A DNA stretch of 64,000 nucleotides from Vulcanimicrobiota bacterium (GTDB taxonomy: Bacteria; Vulcanimicrobiota; Vulcanimicrobiia; Vulcanimicrobiales; Vulcanimicrobiaceae), in the NCBI GenBank assembly GCA_963714015.1, contig OY970223.1, positions 2,752,001 through 2,816,000 of the forward strand, given 5' to 3'. The translations under genes and the position numbers were made by a program. The number at the start of each line of letters is the position of its first letter. Positions within the stretch are counted from its first letter, which is position 1. The notes below the pieces were generated by a model. The model was not told the DNA's origin. It saw nothing but the letters and a program-made list of their open reading frames with translations, and made no database searches. Positions 10,557 to 20,938 of the stretch are shown here, in pieces.

Positions 10557-12457
10557 CGCAGGTCTCCCTTGCGCACCGCGTGCTCGAGGTACGTTCGCAT
10601 CAGCTCCGCGCGCTGCGCGCGCTCCGTCTCCCGAATCGCGTCGATCGCTTGGACGCGCGCACGAACGAACGCCGGCGAGATGCCTTGGGATTCAGGCCGG
10701 CGTACCCGCGAGTTGATGACGGGGCTGGAGTTCATGACGTAGTTCTCGCTTAGGGTGTTCGATTGATAAGGTTGACCGTTGCCCGATACGAAGAGCAGGA
10801 ACGGCGTATCGAGCATGTAGTCGTAATACTCTTTGACGGTGTCCGCAATGGAAAGACAGACGGTCCCGTACGTTCGATCGTCGTAGGTGGTCACGCCGCG
10901 CTGCTCGGTATAGCCGAGCACCGGATCGGTCAGGTTGACGGTCTCCTGTATCTGCTCGACGTTTCCACTCGAAACCGCCGGAGCGCACCAAGACGGCAAC
11001 GACGATACCGCACCAAGATCGCGCGAAGCGTCGCTGTAGAGCGTGACCGGCGTGCCGAACCAAGCGGGGATCGTCAGCGTTTGAGTTTTGCCGCCGTCCG
11101 GCGTAAGCGTCAGCGTTATCGTCGATCGCGACGGCGGCGCGAAGGAAATCGTCGCCAAGCCGGGGATGTCGTACGTTCCCGCGCCGCTTGCAGCCGGAAT
11201 CGAGATAGTAGCACTTCCACCGGTCGCGGTCGTTTCCGTTTCGCTATACGTGCCGTCGCCGGCGACGGTACGCGCGATCGACGTGCCGTCCACGAGTTTT
11301 TCGTTCACGGTGCCGGCAGGATCGAGCGTCCATGCATTACCGGAGGTCTCCGGAAGTTTTACCAGCGTTTGCGGCGTCGCGTACGTCGTCGCGGTAACGT
11401 TGCCCGTTGTGTCCGTGACGGTCGATCCGTAGATGAACTCGCTCGACGCACTCTCGCCTACTGTGGCGTCCGTGGTCGTGGAAACTGTGTTCGTTGCAAA
11501 AGCATCGCTTTCGGCAGACCGCATATCCCACTGTGCGGTATGGTCCGGCGCGGTGGTCGGCACGATCGTTACGGAGTCGCTCACGCCCGCAACCGCGGTA
11601 GAAGTCGGCTCCGGGCACGGTTGAGTGCGTGACATCGTTTGCGTCAACGTTGAATTGCTTCCGCCGTACGAGAACGTATCGCCGCTAGCCAACGGACGCG
11701 GTCCGAGCGATTCGGTGCGGCGCGTGACGTCGAACGGCTGATTCGTGCACCCGAACGAAACGGGCGCCGTCGTCGGAGCGGGTGTCGGTGTCGCACCGGC
11801 CGAGCTCGCGACGTAAAGCGCGAACCAATACGTAGAGCCTTGCGCAAAATCGAAGAGGCCGCCGCCGTTGAAGGTCAGCGTCGCCGAGCCGGCTTCCGGA
11901 CCTTCGAAAGCCATTTGCCATCCCAGGCTCGACTGCGTGGGATCGTAGGCGGCAATCCAGTAGTCAGCCGACGGCAACACGTCGCCGGACGGAATCGTAA
12001 GCGTGAAAGCCGGAGGCCCCTCGAGCGCGATCGGATTCGGTGAAAACTGCAAACCGATATAAGCGATCGGCGTCACGGGATCTTTTGCGCTTTGCGTAAG
12101 CGACCTGATTCCTGACGGAAGTTGGTTACGCAGAGTGATTGAAACGGTCTCTCCGCTTCCGATTACGGCGTATTGCCCAGGTAAATTCATGGAACCGCCC
12201 ACGGCGCCCGGCGCATTGGGAAGCGCCAGCGCAATCGGTCCCGCGCTTCGCCCGCCCGGTGCGGGACTCGGTTGCGGAACGTTACGCACGGCGGTAAGGG
12301 AGTATTGCGTGCCCGGCGGAATCGGCGGCGCAGTCGGCCCGGACGAAACGGGCGTCGGATTTACGGGCGGGTTACCGCCGCCGCCCCCGCCTCCCCCGCA
12401 GGCCCCGAGCGCAGCCGAAAGAATCACGAGCCCGAACGCAAAAAGACGGCTCCTCAA
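10553..12457 (-). CDS. Hypothetical Thr/Pro-rich lipoprotein
   Basis: LGACGGGGGGG lipobox, beta-rich body; ATGA overlap with the S53 gene. Confidence 0.8.
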   Translation of the reverse strand: MRSRLFAFGLVILSAALGACGGGGGGGGNPPVNPTPVSSGPTAPPIPPGTQYSLTAVRNVPQPSPAPGGRSAGPIALALPNAPGAVGGSMNLPGQYAVIGSGETVSITLRNQLPSGIRSLTQSAKDPVTPIAYIGLQFSPNPIALEGPPAFTLTIPSGDVLPSADYWIAAYDPTQSSLGWQMAFEGPEAGSATLTFNGGGLFDFAQGSTYWFALYVASSAGATPTPAPTTAPVSFGCTNQPFDVTRRTESLGPRPLASGDTFSYGGSNSTLTQTMSRTQPCPEPTSTAVAGVSDSVTIVPTTAPDHTAQWDMRSAESDAFATNTVSTTTDATVGESASSEFIYGSTVTDTTGNVTATTYATPQTLVKLPETSGNAWTLDPAGTVNEKLVDGTSIARTVAGDGTYSETETTATGGSATISIPAASGAGTYDIPGLATISFAPPSRSTITLTLTPDGGKTQTLTIPAWFGTPVTLYSDASRDLGAVSSLPSWCAPAVSSGNVEQIQETVNLTDPVLGYTEQRGVTTYDDRTYGTVCLSIADTVKEYYDYMLDTPFLLFVSGNGQPYQSNTLSENYVMNSSPVINSRVRRPESQGISPAFVRARVQAIDAIRETERAQRAELMRTYLEHAVRKGDLR

Positions 12458-12583
12458 GCAATACTCCTAGAGAAAAACACGCGGACTCCGCGCAAGAAAA
12501 GCCGGGCGCACTTCGGCGGGGCGGGCAAATGTCATGCCGGATTCGCTGCGAAACGAACGATCGTAAGGGAGCGTTTTCCAAAT

Positions 12584-13132
12584 ATGTACAAAACTGCGAC
12601 CGCAATCGCGCTTATAGCGCTAGCTTGTCTTGGCACAGGTCTGCCCGCCGCGAGCGACACACGCGACGGCGCTATAATCCGCAATTCCGGTTCGAGCAAC
12701 TTCGCCGGGTACGTCGTCACCGTTTGGTCCGACGGCACCGCGCAGGGCTACCGGTCGCGCGCCGGCCGAACTGTCGGGAACGCAGTCAAGGGCTCGATCT
12801 CATCGCAGCTGGCGACAAAATTCTTCAACGATTTGAGCACGGCCAAGCACAATCAAATCGTTGCGCAGTCGTGCATGAAGAGCGCGTCATTCGGAAGTTC
12901 GATGATCGTCCAGTATCACCGGTGGACGACGCCCGACTTGGAATGCCCCGGCGACGGCTCGGTTATCGCGCTCGCTTCCGAAGCGCACCAGATCGCTGCA
13001 ACGCTGGGGCTATTGCAAGGAAGCCGCCGCGTGCCCATGCTGCCCAACGAGAAGCGCCGCCCGGTCATGGAGGTGACGCCGCCTTCGGGCCAAGCGAGCG
13101 CCACGCCGGAACCCAGCCCCTCCGCATCGTAG
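12584..13132 (+). CDS. Hypothetical secreted protein
   Basis: AAGGGAG upstream of ATG at 12584; signal peptide; CMKSASFG and DLECP motifs. Confidence 0.7.
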   Translation: MYKTATAIALIALACLGTGLPAASDTRDGAIIRNSGSSNFAGYVVTVWSDGTAQGYRSRAGRTVGNAVKGSISSQLATKFFNDLSTAKHNQIVAQSCMKSASFGSSMIVQYHRWTTPDLECPGDGSVIALASEAHQIAATLGLLQGSRRVPMLPNEKRRPVMEVTPPSGQASATPEPSPSAS

Positions 13133-13145
13133 TTAAGAGCCCGAT

Positions 13146-13763
13146 ATGAAGCGCCTTGCCCTTTCCTTCGCAGTCGTTGCCTTTGCGATGGCTGCTCTCT
13201 CCGGACTTCACACGACGGCCGCCAGGGCACAGACGCTGCCCACGGCTCCGCCGCCGCCGCCTCCCAACGCTACGCCGACACCAGTGCTTCCGCCGGGAGC
13301 GCTGCCTTCACCGGCCGGAAGCAGCGCAACGATAACGCTGCCGACACGAAGAAGATCCTCGACGCCGGCACCTCCCAAGGACGTCGACGCAAATCGCGTC
13401 GGCATATCCGGCGTTTGGGAAGTGGCGCTTCAGCAGTCAGATGGTGTCGTGTACACGCACTTCAAGCTTTCGCAGGCCGGCAACATTCTGACCGGCACGT
13501 ATCTCGACGACAAGAACAAGCGTTATCCCGTTTCGGGCTCGATCGATGGAAAAGACGTGCGGCTCGTCGTCTCGCTGCCCGACGGATCCGATTTAGTGTT
13601 TAAGGGCACGCAGGACGCGAATACCGACATGGTCGGAACGCTGGACAGCGCCAAAAACACGATCGGCTTTACGGCCGCGTACCGCGCCAAATACAAATGG
13701 ACCGATAACTTGAATCCGACGCCCGCGGGCGGCGGCATGGGGAACAACGGCGTCCCTTACTAG
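13146..13763 (+). CDS. Hypothetical secreted protein with Pro-rich linker and small beta-barrel-like domain
   Basis: Signal peptide, PPPPPP linker, ISGVWEV...LSQAGNILTG...VSGSIDG pattern. Confidence 0.75.
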   Translation: MKRLALSFAVVAFAMAALSGLHTTAARAQTLPTAPPPPPPNATPTPVLPPGALPSPAGSSATITLPTRRRSSTPAPPKDVDANRVGISGVWEVALQQSDGVVYTHFKLSQAGNILTGTYLDDKNKRYPVSGSIDGKDVRLVVSLPDGSDLVFKGTQDANTDMVGTLDSAKNTIGFTAAYRAKYKWTDNLNPTPAGGGMGNNGVPY

Positions 13764-13786
13764 CCGCCGCGGGCGAGTGGTTTCGA

Positions 13787-14293
13787 TCAGGATCGTGACG
13801 CGCTGCGTTCCGCCAACCGTTTTTCTACATAAGGTTGTAAGCCGCCGGCTTCGATCAAGGACTGCATGAACGGCGGAAACGCCGCGGCCTTGTAGGTTTC
13901 GTTTTTGGTTACGTTGCGAATGGTTCCGCTCGGCGCATCGATCTCGATTTCGTCGCCGCTGCGGATGCCGTCGACGGCTTCCGGAGATTCGAAGATCGGC
14001 AATCCGATGTTCAGCGCGTTGCGATAGAATATGCGGGCGAAGCTCTTGGCGATGACCGCGGACGTACCGGAGCCTTTGATCGCAATCGGCGCGACTTCAC
14101 GGCTCGAGCCGCAGCCGAAGTTGGTGTCGGCAACGATGATATCGCCGGCTTTCATTCGGGAAGTGAACTCCGGATCGATGCCTTCCAGTGCGTGCTTGCC
14201 GAGTTCCGCCTGATCCACGATGTTGCAGTATTTGCCTGGGATAATGACGTCCGTGTCGACGTTCTTTCCGTATTTATGAGCGTAGCCTTTCAT
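13787..14293 (-). CDS. leuD: 3-isopropylmalate dehydratase/homoaconitase family small subunit
   Basis: NVDTDVIIPG, NFGCGSSRE, SFARIFYRN; GGAG RBS. Substrate is not certain. Confidence 0.88.
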   Translation of the reverse strand: MKGYAHKYGKNVDTDVIIPGKYCNIVDQAELGKHALEGIDPEFTSRMKAGDIIVADTNFGCGSSREVAPIAIKGSGTSAVIAKSFARIFYRNALNIGLPIFESPEAVDGIRSGDEIEIDAPSGTIRNVTKNETYKAAAFPPFMQSLIEAGGLQPYVEKRLAERSASRS

Positions 14294-14300
14294 CTTCTCC

Positions 14301-15584
14301 TCAAACTCCGACTGCGGCGACTGTACGTGGATCGGTAATGTGTCCGGTGAGCGCTGACGCAGCGCACGTCGCCGGCGACCCAAGGTAGACCTCCGCCTTA
14401 GGCGACCCCATGCGGCCGACGTAATTGCGATTCGTCGTCGAGATGCAGCGCTCGCCGTCGCCCAGCGTGCCCATGTGACCGCCGAAGCAGGCGCCGCAGC
14501 CCGGCGTGTTTACGACGCAGCCGGCGCCGGCCAGCGTGGTTAGAATGCCTTCCTGCGCCGCTTGCATCCAGACTTTCTGCGATCCGGGGTTCACGATGAC
14601 GCGAAGGCTCGGCGCGATCCGCTTGCCTTCGAGAATGTTTGCGACGATGCGCAGATCTTCGATGTAACCATTGGTGCAGGATCCGATGAAGACCTGATCG
14701 ACCGGGAGGCGTTCGTTGGTCACCTCGGAGATCGGATGCACGTTGTCCGGGGTATGCGGACAAGCAACTTGCGGTTCGAGCTGCGAGACGTCGATCTCGA
14801 CGATCCTCTCGTAGTGCGCGTCTTCATCGGCCCGTTCGACGACGAACTGCCGATCGGTGCGTTCTTTGACGTACGCCAACGCTTTGGCATCGGCGTGGAA
14901 GATGCCGTTCTTCGCGCCGGCCTCGATCGCCATATTCGCCATGGTAATTCGACCGGTGATCGACATGTCGTCGATTGTCGAGCCGTGGTATTCGATAGCG
15001 CGGTACGTCGCACCGTCGATTCCCAAAATTCCGACGGTCTTGAGCATCAGATCCTTCGCGAAGACCATCTCACCCAGCCGGCCGTGGTACACCAGCTTTA
15101 TCGTGGGCGGAACGCGCAGCCAGACTTCGCCTAAGACAAAAGCCGCTGCGATGTCAGTGGATCCCATTCCGGTCGCAAACGCGCCGAACGCGCCGTACGT
15201 GCACGTATGAGAGTCGCCGCCGACGATCAGCTCGCCCGGCGCGACCAGGCCCTCCTCCGGAAGCACGACGTGCTCGATGCCGCCGCGGCCGACGTCGAAA
15301 AAGTGCTTGATCTGCTGTTCGCCCGCAAAATCTTTCATCAACTTGGCGATCTTCGCAGATTGCGCGTCCTTAGCCGGAACGAAGTGATCCTCGACGAGCG
15401 CGATCTTTTCCTTGTCGAAGACGCGATCCGCGCCTTTGATGTTGCGCATCACGCCGATCGCGACTGCGGCGGACAGCTCGTTGGCAAGAACGAGATCGAC
15501 CTTCGCGTTGATGATCTGGCCCGGTTCGACCGATTCCAGACCCGCGTGGCGCGCAAGAATCTTCTCGGTCAGGGTCATGCCCAT
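14301..15584 (-). CDS. leuC: 3-isopropylmalate dehydratase/homoaconitase family large subunit (LeuC type 2/HacA-like)
   Basis: MGMTLTEKIL, DSHTCTYGA, IGSCTNG, CGACFG, STTNRN; GAGGAG RBS. Confidence 0.88.
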   Translation of the reverse strand: MGMTLTEKILARHAGLESVEPGQIINAKVDLVLANELSAAVAIGVMRNIKGADRVFDKEKIALVEDHFVPAKDAQSAKIAKLMKDFAGEQQIKHFFDVGRGGIEHVVLPEEGLVAPGELIVGGDSHTCTYGAFGAFATGMGSTDIAAAFVLGEVWLRVPPTIKLVYHGRLGEMVFAKDLMLKTVGILGIDGATYRAIEYHGSTIDDMSITGRITMANMAIEAGAKNGIFHADAKALAYVKERTDRQFVVERADEDAHYERIVEIDVSQLEPQVACPHTPDNVHPISEVTNERLPVDQVFIGSCTNGYIEDLRIVANILEGKRIAPSLRVIVNPGSQKVWMQAAQEGILTTLAGAGCVVNTPGCGACFGGHMGTLGDGERCISTTNRNYVGRMGSPKAEVYLGSPATCAASALTGHITDPRTVAAVGV

Positions 15585-15645
15585 TTCCAACTCTCCTCTA
15601 GGTAGCCTGGGGTATGTTGCACTTCGAGTCGAAGTACGCGCGACC

Positions 15646-16900
15646 ATGCAAGACCGCACCTTCGGATTCGCAACGCGCGCCATCCACGCCGGAGCCCCGC
15701 CCGATCCGGTCACCGGCGCGCGCGTGACCCCGATTCACCAGACGGCCGCATACGTCTTCGGCTCCACGGAGCAGGCAGCCGAACTCTTTCAGCCTGCGCA
15801 GCTACGGCCATATCTACAGCCGGATCAGCAATCCGACCGTGGCGGCATTCGAGGAGCGCATGGCGAGTCTGGAAGGCGGACTTGGCGCGATCGCCTTCTC
15901 GAGCGGACTTGCAGCGCAGCTCGGCATCGTGCTGACGCTTGCGCAGAACGGCGATCACATCGTCAGCTCGCAGAACGTCTACGGCGGTACGGTTACCCAG
16001 TTCAGCATCACGCTCAAGCGGATGGGCATCGAAACGGCGTTCGCGCCGGTGAACGACTACGAAGCGATACGCGCGGCGATCCGGCCGAACACGAGGATGC
16101 TGTTCGCCGAGACCATCGGCAATCCGTCGGGTACGCTGGCGGACGTCGACAAACTGGCACAGCTCGCGCATGGTGCCGGCATCCCGCTCGTCGTCGACAA
16201 CACCTTTGCATCGCCGGCCCTCTTCCGCCCAATCGAACATGGCGCCGACGTCGTCGTGCATTCCGCAACCAAATTCATCTCCGGACACGGCACAGTGATC
16301 GGCGGCGTGCTGATCGAGTCGGGCAAGTTCGCCTGGGACAGCGGGCGTTTTCCGCTCCTGTCTCAACCGAGCCCGGGGTATCATAATAAAGTCTTCACGG
16401 AGACGTTCGGCGAGTACGCATTTCTGATGCGCGCGCGGGCCGAAGTTCTTCGTGACGTCGGATCGCAGATGTCGCCCATGGATGCTTGGCTTTTGCTCAT
16501 CGGGCTGGAGACGCTTCCGATCCGCATGCGGGCGCACGTCGAGAACGCTGCAACGATCGTGCAATTTCTCAAAGGCCGTCCCGAAGTTGAATGGATCAAT
16601 ATCCCAGCGATGGGCTCGATCTTTACGTTCGGCATTCGCGGCGGCCGGGACGCGGGCCGCAGATTCATCGACGCGCTGGAGCTCTGGAGTCATCTGGCGA
16701 ACGTCGGAGATGCAAAGAGTCTGGTGATTCATCCGGCTTCGACGACGCATTCGCAGCTCGGCGACGACGAGATGCGCAATGCCGGCGTCGCCCCCGAGAT
16801 GATTCGGCTTTCCGTCGGGCTCGAAGACGCGGACGATCTCATTTGGGATCTCCAAAACGCGCTTCAGGCGGCAGCCCTTCCGGTGGGGGGTCGGGCGTGA
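15646..16900 (+). CDS. metY: O-acetylhomoserine aminocarboxypropyltransferase/sulfhydrylase (frameshift near 15788)
   Basis: FATRAIHAG, PIHQT, YSRISNPT (after shift), DNTFASP, HSATKF (PLP Lys), HLANVGDAKSL, IRLSVG. Confidence 0.9.
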
Positions 16901-17373
16901 TTCTCGACACGGTTGCGGCACGGCGCGCAATGCTTGCAAAGGCAAAACGCATTGCGATGGTCGGCGCTTCCGCTAATCCGCTCCGCCCGAGCTATACGGT
17001 ATTCAGCTATCTGCGCACACAGAGTCCGTTTGCGGTAGCGCCGATAAATCCGACGATAACCGAAATCGACGGCGTGAAAGCGTATCCGTCTATCGAGGCG
17101 TACGCCGCCGAAAACGGTCCACCGGACATCGTCGACGTCTTTCGCAAGCCGAGCGAAGTAGTCGACGTCGTGAACGATGCCATCCTGGCCGAGGCGCGCG
17201 CTGTTTGGTTTCAATACGGGGTGATCAACCCCGACGCGATCGAACTTGCGCTCAAAGCGGGGCTCGACGTCGTCGTCGACCGCTGTATCAAAGTGGAATG
17301 GGCGCGGCTCAACGGCGGCCTCTCGACCAGCGGGTTGAACAGCGGGCTCATTACCAGCCGCCGCCGCACGTGA
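16897..17373 (+). CDS. CoA-binding protein (YccU-like)
   Basis: IAMVGASANPLRPS, DIVDVFRK, VWFQYG, DRCIKVE; GTGA overlap with metY. Confidence 0.9.
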   Translation: MILDTVAARRAMLAKAKRIAMVGASANPLRPSYTVFSYLRTQSPFAVAPINPTITEIDGVKAYPSIEAYAAENGPPDIVDVFRKPSEVVDVVNDAILAEARAVWFQYGVINPDAIELALKAGLDVVVDRCIKVEWARLNGGLSTSGLNSGLITSRRRT

Positions 17374-18446
17374 TCTACTGCGACGAAGCCCAGACGCTCG
17401 ATGCCGAGATCCTCGAGTGCATCTCGGCCCGCAGCGTTCCGGACTTCGACGGCCTTGCGCTGCGCATTTTCGCACACCAACTTCGTTACAACGTGCCCTA
17501 CGCGCGTTATTGCGCCGCAATGGGTGTCACCCCCGATACGCCGCCGGCATCGTGGGAACGGATCCCGCCGGTTCCCGCCGCGGCATTCAAAGAAGCGCAG
17601 CTGTGCACGTTCGATTTTCGCCGCGCCGAGCTCAACTTTCAGACAAGCGGAACGACTACCGGGTCCGCCGGCGTGCATTACATGGAGACGCCGCGGCTGT
17701 ACGATGCGGCGCTGCTCGCCGGCTTCCATGACGCAATGCTGGCGCGCGATCCTCGCCCGCTGCGGTATTTGCTGCTGGTACCCAATCCGGCGGAACGCCC
17801 GCATTCTTCGCTCGGATACATGATGCGCAAAGTCGCGGACACGTACGGCGACGGACGGGAAGCGTGGCTGCTCGAAGGCGACGTCCTGCATTTAGACCGA
17901 TTCGTTAACCACGTTCGAGCGTGTGCCGCGGACGGCACGGCAGTCTGCATTGCGGGCACGGCTTTTGCATTCGTCAACCTGATCGATCTGCTGGCCGAAC
18001 GGCGAATTGGCGCATTGCCCCTGCCGGATGGCTCGCGAATCATGGAGACCGGCGGGTTCAAAGGACGCGCGCGGATAGTCGAACGCGCGAGCCTGTACGC
18101 CGAACTCTCCGCGGCTTTTGCTCTGCCGGAACAGCGAATCGTTGCCGAATACGGAATGACGGAGCTGACGAGTCAATACTATGACGATGCCGCGCGCGTG
18201 AAACGGCCGCCGGCGTGGCTGCGTCCGAGGGTCGTCGGTACCGACGGAAAGACGCTGCCCGAAGGCGTGGTTGGGACACTCGTGCACGTCGATTTGGGCA
18301 ACCGTTCCTCGTGCGTAGCGATTCAAACGGAAGATCTCGGCGTCGGCGTCGACGGCGGCATCGTGCTCATCGGACGCGAACACGGCGCGGAATTGCGCGG
18401 CTGTTCATTGGACGCCGAGCAGCTTCGAACGTTGGCCGCGCACTAG
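17370..18446 (+). CDS. LuxE-like acyl-protein synthetase (ANL adenylation superfamily)
   Basis: FQTSGTT, SSLGYM, METGGFKGR, EYGMTELTSQYY, IQTEDLG, IGR and RGCSL motifs typical of LuxE homologues. Confidence 0.87.
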   Translation: MIYCDEAQTLDAEILECISARSVPDFDGLALRIFAHQLRYNVPYARYCAAMGVTPDTPPASWERIPPVPAAAFKEAQLCTFDFRRAELNFQTSGTTTGSAGVHYMETPRLYDAALLAGFHDAMLARDPRPLRYLLLVPNPAERPHSSLGYMMRKVADTYGDGREAWLLEGDVLHLDRFVNHVRACAADGTAVCIAGTAFAFVNLIDLLAERRIGALPLPDGSRIMETGGFKGRARIVERASLYAELSAAFALPEQRIVAEYGMTELTSQYYDDAARVKRPPAWLRPRVVGTDGKTLPEGVVGTLVHVDLGNRSSCVAIQTEDLGVGVDGGIVLIGREHGAELRGCSLDAEQLRTLAAH

Positions 18447-19669
18447 TGACTGCGCTCAGCCGCGTTCCTGCCGCAAAGATCGTGCGCGCCGTCGCCTGCG
18501 CGGCCGAACGCTGGAGCGATGCTGATTTTCCGCCGCGCGTGCGAGCAACGGATCGAATCGCGGCGCGCACGGGCTATTCCGTGCCTATGGTCGAGTACGC
18601 ACTCGATCGCCTCTTCTTTCCGATTGACGAAGGGGAAGTAGCAGGCGTCATCGCAGCGGAACTAGGCAGCGTCGAAGCTTTGGATGGTTTTTGCAGGCGG
18701 TCCGGCAAACCGGACGCCTGGGCTCGCCCCGCCGGCAACGTCTGTATCATATCCAGCCGCACGACGATCGGCGTTGCACTTTATCCGGCCGTCTTTGCGC
18801 TCTGCGCGAAGTGCGACGTAACGGTCAAAGATCGCGAAGATGCGCTCGTCACGTCATTCTTTGAGACGCTCGGCGAAGAACTCGACGAGTTACGAATTTC
18901 CGCTCGCGCTTCAGCATGGAACTCGGTTGAAACGCAAGCGCCGGATCTCGACCGCTTCGATCTCGTCGTCGCGTTCGGCAGTGACGAAGCGCTGGCGCAC
19001 ATCGCGGCGAGCGTAGGCTACCCGCGCCGCTTCATCGGATACGGCTCCCGGATGAGCGCAGGCTACGTCGCGCGCGAGACGCTAGCGGCCGCGGACGTGC
19101 TTGCGCTCTGCGAGGGCGCTGCCCGCGATCTGTTGCTGTACGAGACCGAAGGCTGTCTTTCGCTGCATGCGCTGTTCGTCGAGCGCGGCGGCGACATCGA
19201 ACCATCGGAATTTGCGCGAAAGCTGGCGGACGCGTCGGAGCGCGCGTCGATCGAGTTTCCGCCGGGGCGGATCGAGCCGTATCAATCCGCGCAATTCGTC
19301 CAGCGCCGCAACCTTGCGGCGTTTCGCGCCGCCGCGGGCCGAGGCGCAGTTTTTGCAGACGAAGTCTCGCGGATGGCCGTGGTACTCGATCCGTCGCATG
19401 ACGAGCCGCCGCCGTTTTTGCCGCGTATGCTCGGCGTGCTGCCGGTTGACGCACCGGCGCAGGCACTTGCATACCTTCGGCAACATCATCTGCCGCTCGA
19501 GGCATTCGCGCTTTCATCGCCGCGGCCGGACGTAGTGCAAATGGCCGTCGATGCGGGTGCAGTGCGTCTTGCGCGCTTCGGCGAATTGCAGGCACCGTCG
19601 CTTGGGAACGACCACGGCGGCCGCCCGCGCATCGCGGAATTCGTGCAATGGATCGACAAGACGATTTGA
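18446..19669 (+). CDS. LuxC-like acyl-CoA/acyl-protein reductase (ALDH fold)
   Basis: TGYSVPMV, VVAFGSDEA, GYGSRMS, YETEGCLS (catalytic Cys position), HGGRPRI C-terminus. Confidence 0.85.
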   Translation: MTALSRVPAAKIVRAVACAAERWSDADFPPRVRATDRIAARTGYSVPMVEYALDRLFFPIDEGEVAGVIAAELGSVEALDGFCRRSGKPDAWARPAGNVCIISSRTTIGVALYPAVFALCAKCDVTVKDREDALVTSFFETLGEELDELRISARASAWNSVETQAPDLDRFDLVVAFGSDEALAHIAASVGYPRRFIGYGSRMSAGYVARETLAAADVLALCEGAARDLLLYETEGCLSLHALFVERGGDIEPSEFARKLADASERASIEFPPGRIEPYQSAQFVQRRNLAAFRAAAGRGAVFADEVSRMAVVLDPSHDEPPPFLPRMLGVLPVDAPAQALAYLRQHHLPLEAFALSSPRPDVVQMAVDAGAVRLARFGELQAPSLGNDHGGRPRIAEFVQWIDKTI

Positions 19670-20938
19670 ACGGCGAGGAACTGGAAGAAGTTCGCACCGC
19701 AATACCCGGACCGCGTACGCGGGAACTCGCCGGTAAATTGCGCCGAGTGGAGTCGCGTAACGTCACCTTCGTAGACGAACGCTTTCCGGTTTTTTGGGAG
19801 TCAAGTTGCGGGGCCAACGTCACGGACGTCGACGGCAACCGGTACATCGATCTCACTGCGGGGTTTGGCGTCGCCGGGACGGGTCACAGCAATCCGCGTG
19901 TCGCGGCCGCAATCGCGGAGCAAGCCGGACGCATGATGCACGCCATGGGCGACGTGCACCCCGCCGAAGCAAAGGTCTCCCTGCTCGAAAAACTCGCGGC
20001 GATAACGCCCGGCGGCTTGAGCAAAACGTTTCTGGCATCCACGGGCGCCGAGGCGGTCGAAGCGGCGATGAAGACGGCCATAATCGCTACCGGCAAGTCG
20101 CGCTTCGTTGCTTTTCGCGGCGCTTACCACGGGCTGTCGTTCGGTGCGCTGGAGATTTGCGGAATCGAAAAATTCCGCGATCCCTTTCGCACCATGCTGC
20201 CGGACCGCGCGCACTTCTTGGACTTTCCGCAAAGTCCGGACGCACTCGATGACGTTCGGCAAGTGATGGACGCCGGCGGTGACGTCGCCGCAGTCTTTAT
20301 CGAGCCGGTACAAGCGCGCGGGGGAAACTACGTTGCCCCGGACGGATATCTGCGGGGGCTGCGCGAGCTCTGCACGACGCGTGGTGTGTTGCTCATTTGC
20401 GATGAGATCTACACGGGATTCGGACGAACGGGGCAAATGTTCGCGTGCGATTGGGAAAACGTCGCTCCGGATATCCTGTGCATCGGGAAAGCGATGGCGA
20501 ACGGTTTCCCAATCTCCGCGGCCGTCGCAGCTCCCAATATCATGGACGCTTGGCCGGAATCGCCCGGAGAGGCGCTTCACACTTCGACGTATTTGGGAAA
20601 CCCCATGGCCTGCGCCGCCGCGCTCGCGAACATCGGCGAGATCGAGCGGTTGAAGCTGCCTCAGCGCGCTCGCGAGCTGGGCTCGCTTCTTGAGGAACGT
20701 CTTACGCTGCTCTGCGCAAATCACCGCCTGCCTCAGCCGCGCGGGCGCGGTTTGCTGTGGGGATTCGAACTCGAGGATGGTGCCCGGGCTTCAAAGCTCG
20801 TAAAGGACGCGCTGAGAAACGGCATCATCGTTTTGCAAGCCGGGCCGCTGGGCAACGTCGTTTCGATCGCTCCGCCGCTCGTCATCTCGCGGCGCCAGCT
20901 CTTTGCATGCCGTCGACGTTCTCGAGGAGTGCTTATGA
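19648..20938 (+). CDS. Class III (omega) aminotransferase, GabT/ArgD-like; C-terminal 1-nt frameshift near 20908
   Basis: DVDGNRYIDL, GAEAVEAA, IEPVQARGG, DEIYTGFGRTG, IGKAMANG; the shifted frame ends AVDVLEECL* at TGA 20936-20938. Confidence 0.9.

Noticed and set aside
15585..15645. SAM riboswitch or T-box upstream of metY or leuC
   Set aside because: The divergent intergenic gap is only 61 bp and contains no recognisable motif.
17370..19669. Bioluminescence (lux) operon
   Set aside because: No luxA, luxB, luxD or luxG in the window, and the gene context is amino-group metabolism.
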